IMG/VR virus record: IMGVR_UViG_2571042390_000001
Reading direction: 5' to 3' (one strand)
Length of the DNA stretch: 64,000 nucleotides
Source: a virus
Taxonomy: Duplodnaviria > Heunggongvirae > Uroviricota > Caudoviricetes
The notes beneath the pieces were generated by a model. It searched no databases, was not told where the DNA came from, and saw only the letters and a list, made by a program, of their open reading frames with translations. This document shows, piece after piece, positions 38,077 through 48,113 of this stretch (position 1 is the stretch's first letter; every line of letters begins with the position of its first letter). The translations under genes were made by a program, and so were the position numbers.

Positions 38077-38340
38077 TTAACCCGCAGTGCTTTCAACTGA
38101 TGAGGGGAACAAAATCTTTTCATCAAACCCTGCATTCATATCATGAACAGCAACACACCAATCCATCGACGAACGATTATCAAGAGTCTCCATGATTTCA
38201 TCCATGCGGCGCAGGTCATACAGGTAAATGCTTTTATCGCCAATGGTGTAAAAACCAATTTTTTTCGGTGATGGACAGCGATCAAGAACGTCCTGTAATT
38301 CGCTCAACCATGCTTGTTCTTTTTTTGTCAAAGTTGCCAT
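38077..38340 (-). CDS. Hypothetical protein (87 aa)
   Basis: ORF in minus-strand array. Confidence 0.35.
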   Translation of the reverse strand: MATLTKKEQAWLSELQDVLDRCPSPKKIGFYTIGDKSIYLYDLRRMDEIMETLDNRSSMDWCVAVHDMNAGFDEKILFPSSVESTAG

Positions 38341-38341
38341 A

Positions 38342-38872
38342 TCACTCTCCTTTGATGCGAATGCCAGTGGTACTCATTCTCCTGATTTCCCAGAGCACAC
38401 GAGGAACACCACCGTTTCCGACCGGATCGCGTTTACTCCGCAGGGCGACGCTTGATTCCGCCCAGCTTTTTCTTGGAGGAAGCTCTTTCACACGAACAAA
38501 ACCAGCTGCGCGGAGAGATGCTCCTGATTCATCTGCCTGGGTGTACGTAATACAACGTTGATAACCCATAGCCTTTGCTGCCCGCCAGACAGCACCATAA
38601 AGCGCGCTGTTAGCGTTGCGTTCTCCTGTGGTACATGTGCGATTTACTTCAAGCGTTAATCCATCGTCCAAATGTCGTGCAACAGGTCTACCGGCTGTCG
38701 CCACACCTATCAATTCTCCGGCATCATTTCTCAGACCAATGCTGAATTTATGCCCCACTGGTGGTTTATTGTGTCGGTGATGTCTGGATATAAACGCCTT
38801 CGCAACACGAAGAGTAACCGGTGAAATTTGCATTCTCACTCTCCTTTGATGCCAATGTTTACAGACTGGCAA
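38342..38872 (-). CDS. Hypothetical protein (up to 176 aa; start uncertain)
   Basis: ORF in minus-strand array; internal Met may be true start. Confidence 0.35.
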   Translation of the reverse strand: MPVCKHWHQRRVRMQISPVTLRVAKAFISRHHRHNKPPVGHKFSIGLRNDAGELIGVATAGRPVARHLDDGLTLEVNRTCTTGERNANSALYGAVWRAAKAMGYQRCITYTQADESGASLRAAGFVRVKELPPRKSWAESSVALRSKRDPVGNGGVPRVLWEIRRMSTTGIRIKGE

Positions 38873-39285
38873 GCCTCTTTGAGCACCCAGTCAACAGCGT
38901 CTTTCCATGCTCCGGTTTCGACTGGCGGATTCTCACGCTTAACTTGTTCATAGAAACGCACGGCTTTAACCAGTCCTTCTGATGTCACCGGGACTGGCGG
39001 GGCAGTGAATAAGGCCTGAATCTCATAGCTCGGCCTGTCGTTGCAATCCTCTTTTGTCGGTACATATTTCCAGTCACCAACCCACGGCTCCCCCTGAGAG
39101 TCCGTAACGCCTTTTTTCACGTAGCGATATCGCCACGCGACTGGCTCTGCTTCCAACGATGCCAGTGCGATACGAAACACATTGGCAAGCAGACTGCTTG
39201 AAGATTGGTTATCGTGCGCCGGGTCGCTCAGGAAACCAGTGATGAATGATTTAATTTCCGCGTTTTCTCTGGTAATAGTGGTCAT
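38836..39285 (-). CDS. Hypothetical protein sharing N-terminal module with DUF551-like protein
   Basis: MTTITRENAEIKSF ... FRIALASLEAEP parallels MTTITKERIELFIK ... ARIALASLEADP. Confidence 0.4.
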   Translation of the reverse strand: MTTITRENAEIKSFITGFLSDPAHDNQSSSSLLANVFRIALASLEAEPVAWRYRYVKKGVTDSQGEPWVGDWKYVPTKEDCNDRPSYEIQALFTAPPVPVTSEGLVKAVRFYEQVKRENPPVETGAWKDAVDWVLKEACQSVNIGIKGE

Positions 39286-39542
39286 TTATTAATCCTCAAA
39301 ACTTTATGCCCGGGCGCAAAAGCACGTGTTTTGTCTTTGCTTATTCGCCAGCCATCCTTGCGCGCCTCTTTTGCACAGCCAGCCCATGACGTACCGATAT
39401 ACTCACCGAAGTCTGGCGTTTGATATTTACCATTTGTACACTGGCGACAATCACAGTAGAGATGCATGGTGTAACTTGCAGCGATAGCCACATCACTCTC
39501 CTTTAGTACGCAAGTGGTTTTTCCAGCGGTTTTGCGCCGCAC
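39282..39542 (-). CDS. Small Cys-rich hypothetical protein
   Basis: ORF in minus-strand array. Confidence 0.3.
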   Translation of the reverse strand: MRRKTAGKTTCVLKESDVAIAASYTMHLYCDCRQCTNGKYQTPDFGEYIGTSWAGCAKEARKDGWRISKDKTRAFAPGHKVLRINK

Positions 39543-39685
39543 TGGGCTTTTTGCAACAACTGTTACCCATCACCCCGCAACACCCCGCCAACCTCACTCG
39601 TCTGTTACTAATCCTCAACCAGCGCCAGATCCCAACACCGTTTCTGCGAGCTAACAGAATTTTTGCTTTACGGTTTTTCATCGCT

Positions 39686-40351
39686 TTACTCTTCTTCCTC
39701 ACGCCCAAGATATGAAAGAGATGTGACTGCTGTTGCATGGAAACCACAAACCTTGCTAAGTGCGCTTTTAAACTCTTCAAGGTCGGATTGCGATTTGATT
39801 CTGAAAGGTGACTGCGCAATCCCGGACATGGTAATGCCACTAACATTGCTCACTGCGTTGTAGTGATATACGTGCCTATTAGCTGATTGAGTCACGCGTT
39901 CCTGTTGGCTGTTTATATTGGCATCCTGCCCTGTGGTGGTCTTCTCCAACTCTTCGATACGTTCAGCCATCGCAGCACACTCTTCAAAGTTGCTTGATGC
40001 TTTTCTCTCCCATTCGGCGCATTGTTTTCCAAGCTCTGCAATCAGCTTGTCTTTGCCTTCAAGCTCAACACGCAGCTTCCCTACCGTTAGCGCAATATCC
40101 TCGTTCTCCTGGTCGCGAGATTTGATGTATTGCTGGTTTCTTTCCAGTTCATCCAGTAATGCCAAAGCAACCTTTGGATTAAAGGCAGCAATAAATTCAG
40201 CGTTGTTTTTCAGAACGTGTTGCGCAATGGCCTGACCACTTAGTCGGACCTTATAACCACGTGCGCCACGGTGTGGTTTATATGAGTCCCAGTCTCCCCA
40301 CGTTGCTTTCTCTGCCGCCTCACGCAGTGCCTGGTAATTAATTTTGCTCAC
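39686..40351 (-). CDS. Ead/Ea22-like protein
   Basis: N-terminal YQALREAAEKAT motif typical of lambdoid Ea22-like proteins; central coiled coil. Confidence 0.5.
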   Translation of the reverse strand: MSKINYQALREAAEKATWGDWDSYKPHRGARGYKVRLSGQAIAQHVLKNNAEFIAAFNPKVALALLDELERNQQYIKSRDQENEDIALTVGKLRVELEGKDKLIAELGKQCAEWERKASSNFEECAAMAERIEELEKTTTGQDANINSQQERVTQSANRHVYHYNAVSNVSGITMSGIAQSPFRIKSQSDLEEFKSALSKVCGFHATAVTSLSYLGREEEE

Positions 40352-40883
40352 TGACTGCCTCCTTCTTAATCAGTTTACACAGGTGCTCCACAGCCACAGA
40401 GAGTGCATCCACCGCTCGTTTATCCAGACGCGGGGCCAGAGCAAGCAGTTCATTTATTGCAATCTGAATACCATGCTCCGCCGCCAGCGCCGCGCGATTG
40501 CTCTCCAGCTCTGCAATGCGCTGTTTTGCGGTATCAAGTTCAATCGATAATTTTTCCAACTGCTCTTTATGCTTCTTGTATTCCTGATATGCGTGCCAGG
40601 ACTGACCTTTGCGCACACTATCAGTAATATCAGTAATCTGTTCTGGTGTTAGAGTGGTCAGTGGCTGTGCTGGGAAAATCAGCACTTTCCCGGAATCCCA
40701 ATCAAAACCAGCGTGAATTGACTGAACCTCAACTGAGGGTGTTGAACCAATGCTGCCAGGCGAATGAACAACGATCGTTACATCCATATCGCGACGATGG
40801 CTGTGGTTGTTGGACAAAATACGATTCAACAAAATACGATTCACCAACTCAGAAAATTTGGAGAATTTCATGCGGAGCCTCAA
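40338..40883 (-). CDS. Hypothetical coiled-coil protein (181 aa)
   Basis: ORF in minus-strand array. Confidence 0.35.
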   Translation of the reverse strand: MRLRMKFSKFSELVNRILLNRILSNNHSHRRDMDVTIVVHSPGSIGSTPSVEVQSIHAGFDWDSGKVLIFPAQPLTTLTPEQITDITDSVRKGQSWHAYQEYKKHKEQLEKLSIELDTAKQRIAELESNRAALAAEHGIQIAINELLALAPRLDKRAVDALSVAVEHLCKLIKKEAVSEQN

Positions 40884-41290
40884 TATGCAAAATAGACCGT
40901 TGCCACGCCGTTATAGTGATCAAACGATACGGCGTTTACTTCATAACTGGCCGGGAGCTTCGAGCCAAGAACGTATCCGGGCCACGTTTTCCATGGAATT
41001 TCTCTATTCTCACTACCCCCATATACCGTACATCCAAGTGAACCTACAGCTTCATTAGAACGCGTGCCGCACGTTATGAATCCCAGATTTTGCTTACTGC
41101 TCTTAATGGTGATTGAGTGAACGCTGGCTGATGCATTAGCAGCACGCTGTGCCTGTTGGTTTGCGATATTCGCAGAGTTCGCAGCAGCTACAGCAGCCGT
41201 AGTCGCGGCGGTAGAGGCTACAATAGCTGCTGAAGCATGCACTTGTTGGATATTCACCAACAATGCCGCGATAAAAATCATCTTCTTCAC
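40880..41290 (-). CDS. Secreted hypothetical protein with signal peptide
   Basis: MKKMIFIAALLVNIQQVHA signal-like N-terminus. Confidence 0.4.
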   Translation of the reverse strand: MKKMIFIAALLVNIQQVHASAAIVASTAATTAAVAAANSANIANQQAQRAANASASVHSITIKSSKQNLGFITCGTRSNEAVGSLGCTVYGGSENREIPWKTWPGYVLGSKLPASYEVNAVSFDHYNGVATVYFAY

Positions 41291-42009
41291 TTGTCAGCTC
41301 CTTTGCGAATCTGTTCCGCCCATTCTTCAAGGGATTTCTCCGCATATTCACCAGACAGGCCATCAATCGGATGCGCTTCATTAGCCAACTCTTCTTTCGC
41401 TGACAAAATCATGCGTGTAACGTCGAAAACTTCACGCAAAGACTTATTGATAAATCCGTGATTGAACGCAGCAGCAAGACGGCTGGCGGTATAGTTAACT
41501 CCCTCGTTGCGTGCTTCCGCACGAATTTCAGCCAGAAAAGCATCGGTGGCTGGCATATTTCCTGTTGCCTTCATGGCCTCCAAAATAACCAGAACGCCAT
41601 CTCGCCCAACCTCCTCAGCGATAACCTCGGTGTTGTCGCCAACAACATCGCAGAATGCCTGAACTGCCTTACGAGCCAGTTCATTCTCCGCCGCCAGCGC
41701 CGCGAGATTAGTCTCAAGCTCTGCAATTCGACACATAGCATCAATATTTGTGTCCTCCAGGCGCTTAATTTCACCAAGAAGCTCCAGTGCAACCTTTGGG
41801 TTGAACGCGGCAACATAACGAGCGTTGTTCTCTGCATTTTTCTGTCCATCAAAGCCGGTCCATTTGATAACGTCTTCACATCGTTCATCACCGGGCGTGT
41901 GCACCGCATAAGTACCAGTATCCGTCGAAATAAATGCGACCCATTCGTCTGGTGTTGCCTTTTCTGCCGCCTCACGCAGTACCTGATAGTCAATTGTCAT
42001 TCTCGCCAT
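41287..42009 (-). CDS. Ead/Ea22-like protein (paralog)
   Basis: YQVLREAAEKATPDEW and AAFNPKVALELL motifs shared with 39686..40351. Confidence 0.5.
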   Translation of the reverse strand: MARMTIDYQVLREAAEKATPDEWVAFISTDTGTYAVHTPGDERCEDVIKWTGFDGQKNAENNARYVAAFNPKVALELLGEIKRLEDTNIDAMCRIAELETNLAALAAENELARKAVQAFCDVVGDNTEVIAEEVGRDGVLVILEAMKATGNMPATDAFLAEIRAEARNEGVNYTASRLAAAFNHGFINKSLREVFDVTRMILSAKEELANEAHPIDGLSGEYAEKSLEEWAEQIRKGADK

Positions 42010-42641
42010 CCTTCACAGTTGTAATCACGACAGCCTTCAAAATCATATGGGCTGTACTGCCAGGTTATTTTTCCGCAATGCGGACAATTCCAACGCACCT
42101 TCCCGCTTCGCGACTTCTTTCTTCTGTTCTGCTCTTTCAACCAGTCAGGCATGACCAAACCTGCGCCCTGAACCATTGTTCTGCGGTTAAAGTTATTGAT
42201 ATTGAACGTCCGGCGCTTTGCTGCATCAGCAATGGAAAATGGCAACCAAACTATTCCTGGTTCGTTTTTGTTGGCGAAGCTAAAGATGGTCGCTTTACTG
42301 AAGTCATCTGTTGGCAATCCACCGTGTTGAAGCCAGTAAACATCGTTGCCGTTCCAGCTACCTTTTTTGTAGGCCACATACTCAGTGCAATCTGACTCAA
42401 TCAGGCTTTCTGTAGGGATGTACTGGCAATCAACGTGCCACACAGCCATTGCATCCACACTATCGGCACAAACAGGCTGATCGATATCTCGCCCACAATT
42501 CCAGGCTTTTTGGGCTTCTTCCAGCGTGTAAATATGAGCGCGATCGATATCAGAACTGTAACCATTGCCGTTATGGCAATGGAATGAGGCGTTATTACCC
42601 ACAGTTTCACGCAAGCACATCATGTAAAAGCGGTTATTCAC
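41997..42641 (-). CDS. Cys-rich hypothetical protein (214 aa)
   Basis: C-terminal CPHCG ... C ... C cluster. Confidence 0.4.
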   Translation of the reverse strand: MNNRFYMMCLRETVGNNASFHCHNGNGYSSDIDRAHIYTLEEAQKAWNCGRDIDQPVCADSVDAMAVWHVDCQYIPTESLIESDCTEYVAYKKGSWNGNDVYWLQHGGLPTDDFSKATIFSFANKNEPGIVWLPFSIADAAKRRTFNINNFNRRTMVQGAGLVMPDWLKEQNRRKKSRSGKVRWNCPHCGKITWQYSPYDFEGCRDYNCEGWRE

Positions 42642-42927
42642 TGGTTGCCTCCGCTTCCCACGTTTTCAGACTTTCACCACAGAATGGGCAAAATGAAACT
42701 CGAATAGGCGATTTAGAAAATTCACCAGACCGCAGCATGATCAGGTCTTGTGAATGAATTAATTCATGGTTATAGATTTTGTATTTCAGCAGACCTTTCC
42801 GCGTCGTGTATTCAGCATCCTGCTCCAGAGATTGTGCCAACGCCGCGCACGGTTCTATTTTTTTGTCATTAATCAAACAAGTGGAGATTCTGCACTTTGC
42901 AGCTCCGTCACCATTACCTTGACTCAT
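42634..42927 (-). CDS. Small Cys-containing hypothetical protein
   Basis: ORF in minus-strand array. Confidence 0.3.
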   Translation of the reverse strand: MSQGNGDGAAKCRISTCLINDKKIEPCAALAQSLEQDAEYTTRKGLLKYKIYNHELIHSQDLIMLRSGEFSKSPIRVSFCPFCGESLKTWEAEATSE

Positions 42928-42940
42928 TGCATTGCTCCCA

Positions 42941-43936
42941 TCAGTTATTGAACGTGATCACTCCGCGCTCAATGGCGAAGTCGAAAAGCTGGTTAGCGGC
43001 TACGTAAAGGCGTATGCCATGTGCTTTTTCCCATGCCCGGACATCGTTTTCTGCGCTTCTGGCGCAGTCATCGCAAAGAGGAACAGTCCAGCGGTCGTGT
43101 TCGTTTAACGAGCGGGCGCGGTACATGAATGGGTGATTAACCTTGCCGCCGCAGCCTACACACGGGCGAGACACCACAAACCGGAGATAAGCCGGGCTTT
43201 TTCCGAGTAAGGTTTTTGGACGGCGCATATATAGGAGGCCAGAATCTTCATCGACGGACAGATTGACGATCTGCTCTGCGGAAATATCCACCAGCTCGCG
43301 GGTACTATGCTCCCAAGTAATATCCGACTCTTTCAGAGTGCCGGTAGGGATTTCAGTTTTTGGCTGACAAAATGCAATGCGACCAGCTTCATCAGGCAGT
43401 TCGTCTTTAAGATTCCGGCGAATGGCCCAAAAGGTGAGTTCAACCATGCTCAGATCGCGATCTGGCGGAAGTTTTAACTCGCTGGCAGCCCAGTTCATAA
43501 TCCAGTTGGCGCGATTCAGTGACAGTTGGTCTTCCAGCTTGCCGTATCCCTTCATCATGTATTCCGCATCATGCTTCCAGCACAGGCGAACGGCAGAACC
43601 GTTATAGAAATGGGTGGTTAGCTGGTGGCTGCAATCGCGCTTATCATGCACCTGGCAATCGTGAATGTTGGTGCTAACCCAGTGAACGAGAGAATCCTCA
43701 CCACCTAACGCGTTAAATACGCGCTCACTTTGAAAAAAGGGTGCCAGTGACTGGTTGGCAACCAGTGAATAATTCAGGTCAACGACACCATCAGGGGTGT
43801 TTTCAGCCTGTTCACGCGGCAATGGGGATATAAGAAAACGGCGTCCTGCGCCGATGTAATTGCTGGTGGGCTTATCTACAGGAAAGACAGCCACACCAGT
43901 TTCATTTACGACATATGGGGTGATTATTGCACTCAT
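42941..43936 (-). CDS. Hypothetical protein (331 aa) with C-terminal Cys/His cluster (zinc-finger or HNH-like)
   Basis: CVGCGG ... NHPF ... VPLCDDC; paired operator-like motifs upstream. Confidence 0.45.
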   Translation of the reverse strand: MSAIITPYVVNETGVAVFPVDKPTSNYIGAGRRFLISPLPREQAENTPDGVVDLNYSLVANQSLAPFFQSERVFNALGGEDSLVHWVSTNIHDCQVHDKRDCSHQLTTHFYNGSAVRLCWKHDAEYMMKGYGKLEDQLSLNRANWIMNWAASELKLPPDRDLSMVELTFWAIRRNLKDELPDEAGRIAFCQPKTEIPTGTLKESDITWEHSTRELVDISAEQIVNLSVDEDSGLLYMRRPKTLLGKSPAYLRFVVSRPCVGCGGKVNHPFMYRARSLNEHDRWTVPLCDDCARSAENDVRAWEKAHGIRLYVAANQLFDFAIERGVITFNN

Positions 43937-43978
43937 AATGCATACCGACTCTGTTTTGTTCCGATCGGTAAAATAATA

Positions 43979-44007
43979 TGTTAGAAAACTAAAATCAATG
44001 TTCTAAC
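43979..44007. promoter_or_regulatory. Paired operator-like half-sites (TGTTAGAAA ... TTCTAAC) upstream of ORF 42941..43936
   Basis: Two inverted copies of the core spaced about 13 nt apart. Confidence 0.45.
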
Positions 44008-44164
44008 GTGATTTTGAGTGCGTAAATGATTTGATCAGACTTTAAGCTGCCCTCCCTTCACCTGCATTAGCGTCAGATTTCCGCTAAAAACCGCGCCCGT
44101 GTCTAGTTTCTATAGCCAGAACCATCAATACGGCTATATAAATTCACTTCATGCAGAGCCTGGG

Positions 44165-44476
44165 TCATGCGGCAACCTTCTCACGCAGCCAGATACAAAC
44201 CGGACCATCTTCAGTGTCATGAATAGAGCCAACAAACCAGCCTTCACCCTCTGGTCGCTCCGGTTCCCAGGCGGCAATATCGGGACCAGCTGCGTCCAGA
44301 TCAAAATCATCTTCATCCATACTGCGAATAGTCCACTGAAGATTATTTTCCTTCATCCAGGCGTCAAATTCCTCAGTGGAAATATATTCACGACCTGCGC
44401 AAAACTTCTCATACTCCGGATGTGTCCAGCAGCCATATTCATCACGTTCTACCGGCATTTCTTTAATTGTGTTCAC
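44165..44476 (-). CDS. Hypothetical protein (103 aa)
   Basis: ORF in minus-strand array. Confidence 0.35.
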   Translation of the reverse strand: MNTIKEMPVERDEYGCWTHPEYEKFCAGREYISTEEFDAWMKENNLQWTIRSMDEDDFDLDAAGPDIAAWEPERPEGEGWFVGSIHDTEDGPVCIWLREKVAA

Positions 44477-44697
44477 TCTTCATCCTCCAAATCAGCAACC
44501 GCGTCCATCACATCAGAACCGCGAATAACTTCAAAAGCGCGGCAGGCCATTTGAAATACCCGTTGCTCTTGCGGGTGCGGAGACTCCCAATATTTGAAGC
44601 CTGGGCGATGCGTGTACCCCATCATGGAATAAAAATCGCCAGCAAGTTCAATCGCGGCATCAACAAGTTCGCGATTTGTCATCGTCTGTTCTGTCAT
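44473..44697 (-). CDS. Hypothetical protein (74 aa)
   Basis: Overlapping start/stop with neighbours. Confidence 0.3.
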   Translation of the reverse strand: MTEQTMTNRELVDAAIELAGDFYSMMGYTHRPGFKYWESPHPQEQRVFQMACRAFEVIRGSDVMDAVADLEDEE

Positions 44698-44969
44698 TTG
44701 GTTTTCTCCTGTCTGAACATCACTATCATCAGGTCGCCTTTTGTCGCTATTCTGGCTGTTGTGCCTGGTTCAATGCGGCTAAGTTCAAATGCGTCATAGA
44801 ACGCTTCTAATGCCTTCTGGCGTAGTTCCTGTTTGCGCCGTTTTTTCCACTCTTTTAGGAAAATGGAACCCAGCCATCGCCAGGTACGGGACATGATGTA
44901 AAGCCAACCAAGAAGTGCCAGACCGGTATTTAGGGCCGTATCGAGCGTTATCGTGGTGTCGATATTCAC
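44694..44969 (-). CDS. Small membrane hypothetical protein
   Basis: Predicted TM segment LALLGWLYIM. Confidence 0.3.
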   Translation of the reverse strand: MNIDTTITLDTALNTGLALLGWLYIMSRTWRWLGSIFLKEWKKRRKQELRQKALEAFYDAFELSRIEPGTTARIATKGDLMIVMFRQEKTK

Positions 44970-45214
44970 TGTGGTGGTTCCTGCTTTTCTGCCTTCAATA
45001 CCATGCGAGAACCATCATCCAGCTCCCAATTAATTTCACCGCCTTCTGCCATGACCAGATGCCAGACGAGTTGAGCGGCCTCGTTGGTTACATCACGACC
45101 GCGATCATTGCCAACACGACGTTTTGTTCCATCCCCTAAGTCACGCATTTTTGCCAACACGATGGTTTTTGATAGCGGTGAAAAACCAAGCTGTAGTCGT
45201 GCGGTATTACTCAC
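44966..45214 (-). CDS. Hypothetical protein (82 aa)
   Basis: ORF in minus-strand array. Confidence 0.3.
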   Translation of the reverse strand: MSNTARLQLGFSPLSKTIVLAKMRDLGDGTKRRVGNDRGRDVTNEAAQLVWHLVMAEGGEINWELDDGSRMVLKAEKQEPPQ

Positions 45215-45217
45215 TGT

Positions 45218-45721
45218 TTACCTTCCTTTTCTAAGCTGTTCGGCGATATCTTCGAGAACGCCATCAGAGAATGAGCGGTCAAAATCGCCTTCCCGCGCAT
45301 TAGCCATAAACTCAGTAGAGGTAAGAATCATCCGGGCAATATCCGCGGCGTTCTTCGCAGTATCATCAATAAAACCAGCTTCCCAAGCAGCCAGCATCCT
45401 GTTCGCCACAAAGTAAGCGCCCTCCTTGCGTGCTTCAGTCTTCACTTCATCCAGGAAAGTGTCGGTCGCAGGAGTGGTTTTTTGTGGTGATAGGGCGAGA
45501 CGAATTGTTTCGAGAGCTGGATCTATTTCCACTGTTGGCACCTTGATAAAGCCAAGCTGCACGCCATTCATAATGAACGTGCGGCGATCCTCACATATCG
45601 CATTCAGTCTCGCATTCTCCGCCGCCAGCGCAGCACACGCTTTCTCAAGTCGGGAAATTTCCGTTACATACTCAGCGTTACGCTCTGCCAGTTGTGCTGG
45701 CGTTAAACCTTCAGACTTCAT
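45218..45721 (-). CDS. Hypothetical protein sharing C-terminal domain with Ea22-like paralog
   Basis: TDTFLDEVKTEARKEG ... ARMILTSTEF parallels the C-terminus of 41287..42009. Confidence 0.4.
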   Translation of the reverse strand: MKSEGLTPAQLAERNAEYVTEISRLEKACAALAAENARLNAICEDRRTFIMNGVQLGFIKVPTVEIDPALETIRLALSPQKTTPATDTFLDEVKTEARKEGAYFVANRMLAAWEAGFIDDTAKNAADIARMILTSTEFMANAREGDFDRSFSDGVLEDIAEQLRKGR

Positions 45722-46028
45722 GTACTCTCCTTTCGAAATAAACGTACTGATTAATCATGCCCAGGGGCATTTCGAGTTTTTCCGCGATCTCACGGCGGGG
45801 AACACCACACTGATGAAGCTGCCGCGCCAGTTCTATATCGCTCTGCCGGAATTTGGCTGACGGATGAAAGTCTCCTTTCAGAATCATGCTGATCCCCAAC
45901 TCCCGCGCTTTAGTCCTGACGGCATCACCGGTACGACCGATCAGCTTCCCAATACTCTCGACCGTCATAGTTCCGGCGCACTGGCGGAGTATCATGATTT
46001 CTGCCCTTCCCCATCCCCGCCAGCTCAC
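45711..46028 (-). CDS. Hypothetical protein, possible HTH
   Basis: ORF in minus-strand array. Confidence 0.35.
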   Translation of the reverse strand: MSWRGWGRAEIMILRQCAGTMTVESIGKLIGRTGDAVRTKARELGISMILKGDFHPSAKFRQSDIELARQLHQCGVPRREIAEKLEMPLGMINQYVYFERRVHEV

Positions 46029-46663
46029 GCAGAACTCCTTCTAACCAAAAGAACGCCATCTTCAGAAACAACGTTGCAGGACTTCAGGTAATTCATTGCC
46101 TCTTTCGGTAATGGATTCTTTGGATCGGCGTTTGCCAGGGATTTCGATAACCTCATGATAAATTTGATCATTACCTTCTGGCGGAGCTTGTGCTCATGAG
46201 ATAAAGACAGGTAATAGGAAATGGTATGGGCTAAACGCTCACGAAGCTGTTCTGTGCCGTGATATACAGCAGCGATATCACGCAGTGCATTGACCAGTTC
46301 CCGGTAAATATGCGGAGCAACCTGGCATTCAATGTTGGTTGGTGACTCATAAATTACAGTCAGCCCCAGCTTTTCAGCCAGCGCGTGCTCTGCGCGAGCA
46401 CCAACCGATTCTTCCCATCGATTGAGCAAGTAGATCGCATCAGCAGAACGCACCATTGCCAGGCAAATATCCATGTATTCACTCTGACAAAGGCCACCAG
46501 GTAACATAGCTGGATTCAGAACGATATGCCCTTCAGCCATCAACTCGCTCGCTTTCGCATTAAACGCCGCACGGTTGTAATCTGGATAACCAGTCATCGG
46601 CCCCGCGATGTAAATTTTCAAAACACGTTTCACCATCAAAATTTCCCCAGAATCGTGACGCAA
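46025..46663 (-). CDS. DUF4406-like (nucleoside 2-deoxyribosyltransferase-like fold) protein
   Basis: KIYIAGPMTGYPDYN motif near N-terminus. Confidence 0.45.
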   Translation of the reverse strand: MRHDSGEILMVKRVLKIYIAGPMTGYPDYNRAAFNAKASELMAEGHIVLNPAMLPGGLCQSEYMDICLAMVRSADAIYLLNRWEESVGARAEHALAEKLGLTVIYESPTNIECQVAPHIYRELVNALRDIAAVYHGTEQLRERLAHTISYYLSLSHEHKLRQKVMIKFIMRLSKSLANADPKNPLPKEAMNYLKSCNVVSEDGVLLVRRSSA

Positions 46664-46830
46664 AACATAAGCACTGCGAAAAGCTCAATACCAAGCTCAA
46701 GTAGCGCCAACGCCCCGAAAAACAACACATAGAACAGGCCAATCTCATTCACAGATGGCTGGTGGATCGCACTTAAAGCTATAAGCATCATGTCCTCCAA
46801 ACAGTTATCAGGAATGATATTAATGTTTTG

Positions 46831-46860
46831 TGTTAGAAAATCAATTTTGAATATCTAACC
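46831..46860. promoter_or_regulatory. Paired operator-like motifs in the divergent region upstream of ref
   Basis: TGTTAGAAA at 46831-46839 plus ATCTAACC at about 46853-46860; P1 ref is C1-controlled. Confidence 0.45.
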
Positions 46861-46908
46861 ATTTTGATCAATCATAGAAAAATCGTTGAAAAGTAAGAGA
46901 CTGCCATC

Positions 46909-47487
46909 ATGCAGAAACAGAGTTATTGGGAGAAACAGAGACAAAAAGCCATGCAAAAATTGGCTGACCCGGCCTGGCGAGAGGAACAAAGGGCAAAGCG
47001 CCTTCAACAAGCTCAACGCCAGCAGCAGCGAGCGAGAGAAAAAGCCGCATCGCCTGAATATCGGCAAAAGAAAATTGAAAAAGCAAAGCAATATGAACAG
47101 CGGAGAAAAGATAAAGCTGTATCCGCTCCGTCCAAAAAAACACGCACGTCACGCGGCCTGAAAGGCAGATCACTCACAGCCGATGAACGCCGGATACAGA
47201 CCGCTATCGGTGCTCTCCCCTGCATTGCCTGCCATATTCACGGGCAACATAGCCCAGTGGTATCCCTGCACCATATCTTCGGGAGAACGGCAGAGAACGC
47301 GCATAAATATGTCCTCCCTTTGTGTAAATGGCACCACCAGTACGCAGCGCCAGCCGAGGTCAGAGAACAATATCCCTGGCTGGTCCCTGTTCATGCTGAC
47401 GGAAAAATAGGCGGAAAAGCAGATTTCATGCGGCACAATGCCGATGAAATGACGTTGTATCAGATGGCGATTGAGTTGATAAATTAG
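46909..47487 (+). CDS. ref: Ref-like HNH endonuclease (recombination enhancement function)
   Basis: Highly charged N-terminus followed by Cys/His core ALPCIACHIHGQH ... LPLCKWHHQ; operator-like motif upstream. Confidence 0.6.
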   Translation: MQKQSYWEKQRQKAMQKLADPAWREEQRAKRLQQAQRQQQRAREKAASPEYRQKKIEKAKQYEQRRKDKAVSAPSKKTRTSRGLKGRSLTADERRIQTAIGALPCIACHIHGQHSPVVSLHHIFGRTAENAHKYVLPLCKWHHQYAAPAEVREQYPWLVPVHADGKIGGKADFMRHNADEMTLYQMAIELIN

Positions 47488-47488
47488 T

Positions 47489-47497
47489 TTTCTAACA
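47489..47497. promoter_or_regulatory. Operator-like motif TTTCTAACA
   Basis: Immediately after ref stop, upstream of immI-like module 2. Confidence 0.4.
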
Positions 47498-48091
47498 TTT
47501 TAAGTTGAATTGAAAAACTCTCCGATGTACATTCACTACCGATTGGCACACCGGTCAACTTTTTGAGACAAACTGTTTAGTTTTTCGTATTATTGCCTCC
47601 GCCATACCTATGGCGGTGCAATATAGGTGGCTGAAAAGCCCCCGTTGACTCACGGTGTTCCAGCCTTTATTGCGCCGCCACCAGACCGTGGAACAGTCGA
47701 TGGCGGCTCCGAAAGCAAGGAGTCACAACACTATGAACAACTACAGTCTTTTCCCATCACTCGTCTTCCACCACTCACGCGATAATCTGCATTCTTTGCT
47801 CGCGCCGGGGGTGTCAAAATGACTGTTCGCTACCTCAACTTTCAAATCAAGAACATTACTGGCGGTTGCTATGACTGGTTTGTCACTCTCGGAAAAGAAG
47901 TGATCACCGGGAAGCTGGATGAAGTGAAAGCTAAAGCAATGGCCTACGCCTGCAAGCAAGTCAGGAAGAAATCCGCCAAAGCATAAAATACTGACTGTTG
48001 CGCCCTGGCATTATCGTGGGGTATATTTCTACGGCACCTTAGAAAAACGGGTGCCGGGATTGGAACCCCGGATAATGTCAAAGGCGACACA

Positions 48092-48113
48092 GACGCCGAA
48101 CGCGTCTTTTTTT
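48092..48113 (+). terminator. Rho-independent terminator
   Basis: gacgc/gcgtc stem followed by T7. Confidence 0.5.

Noticed and set aside
47741-47983. Short ORFs in the ref to immI-2 spacer (minus 47741..47959; plus about 47819..47983, 54 aa)
   Set aside because: The plus-strand 54-aa ORF has a plausible GGGGG RBS and a terminator after it, so it might be real, but there is no homology or motif support. The minus ORF has no support. Neither reported as a feature.
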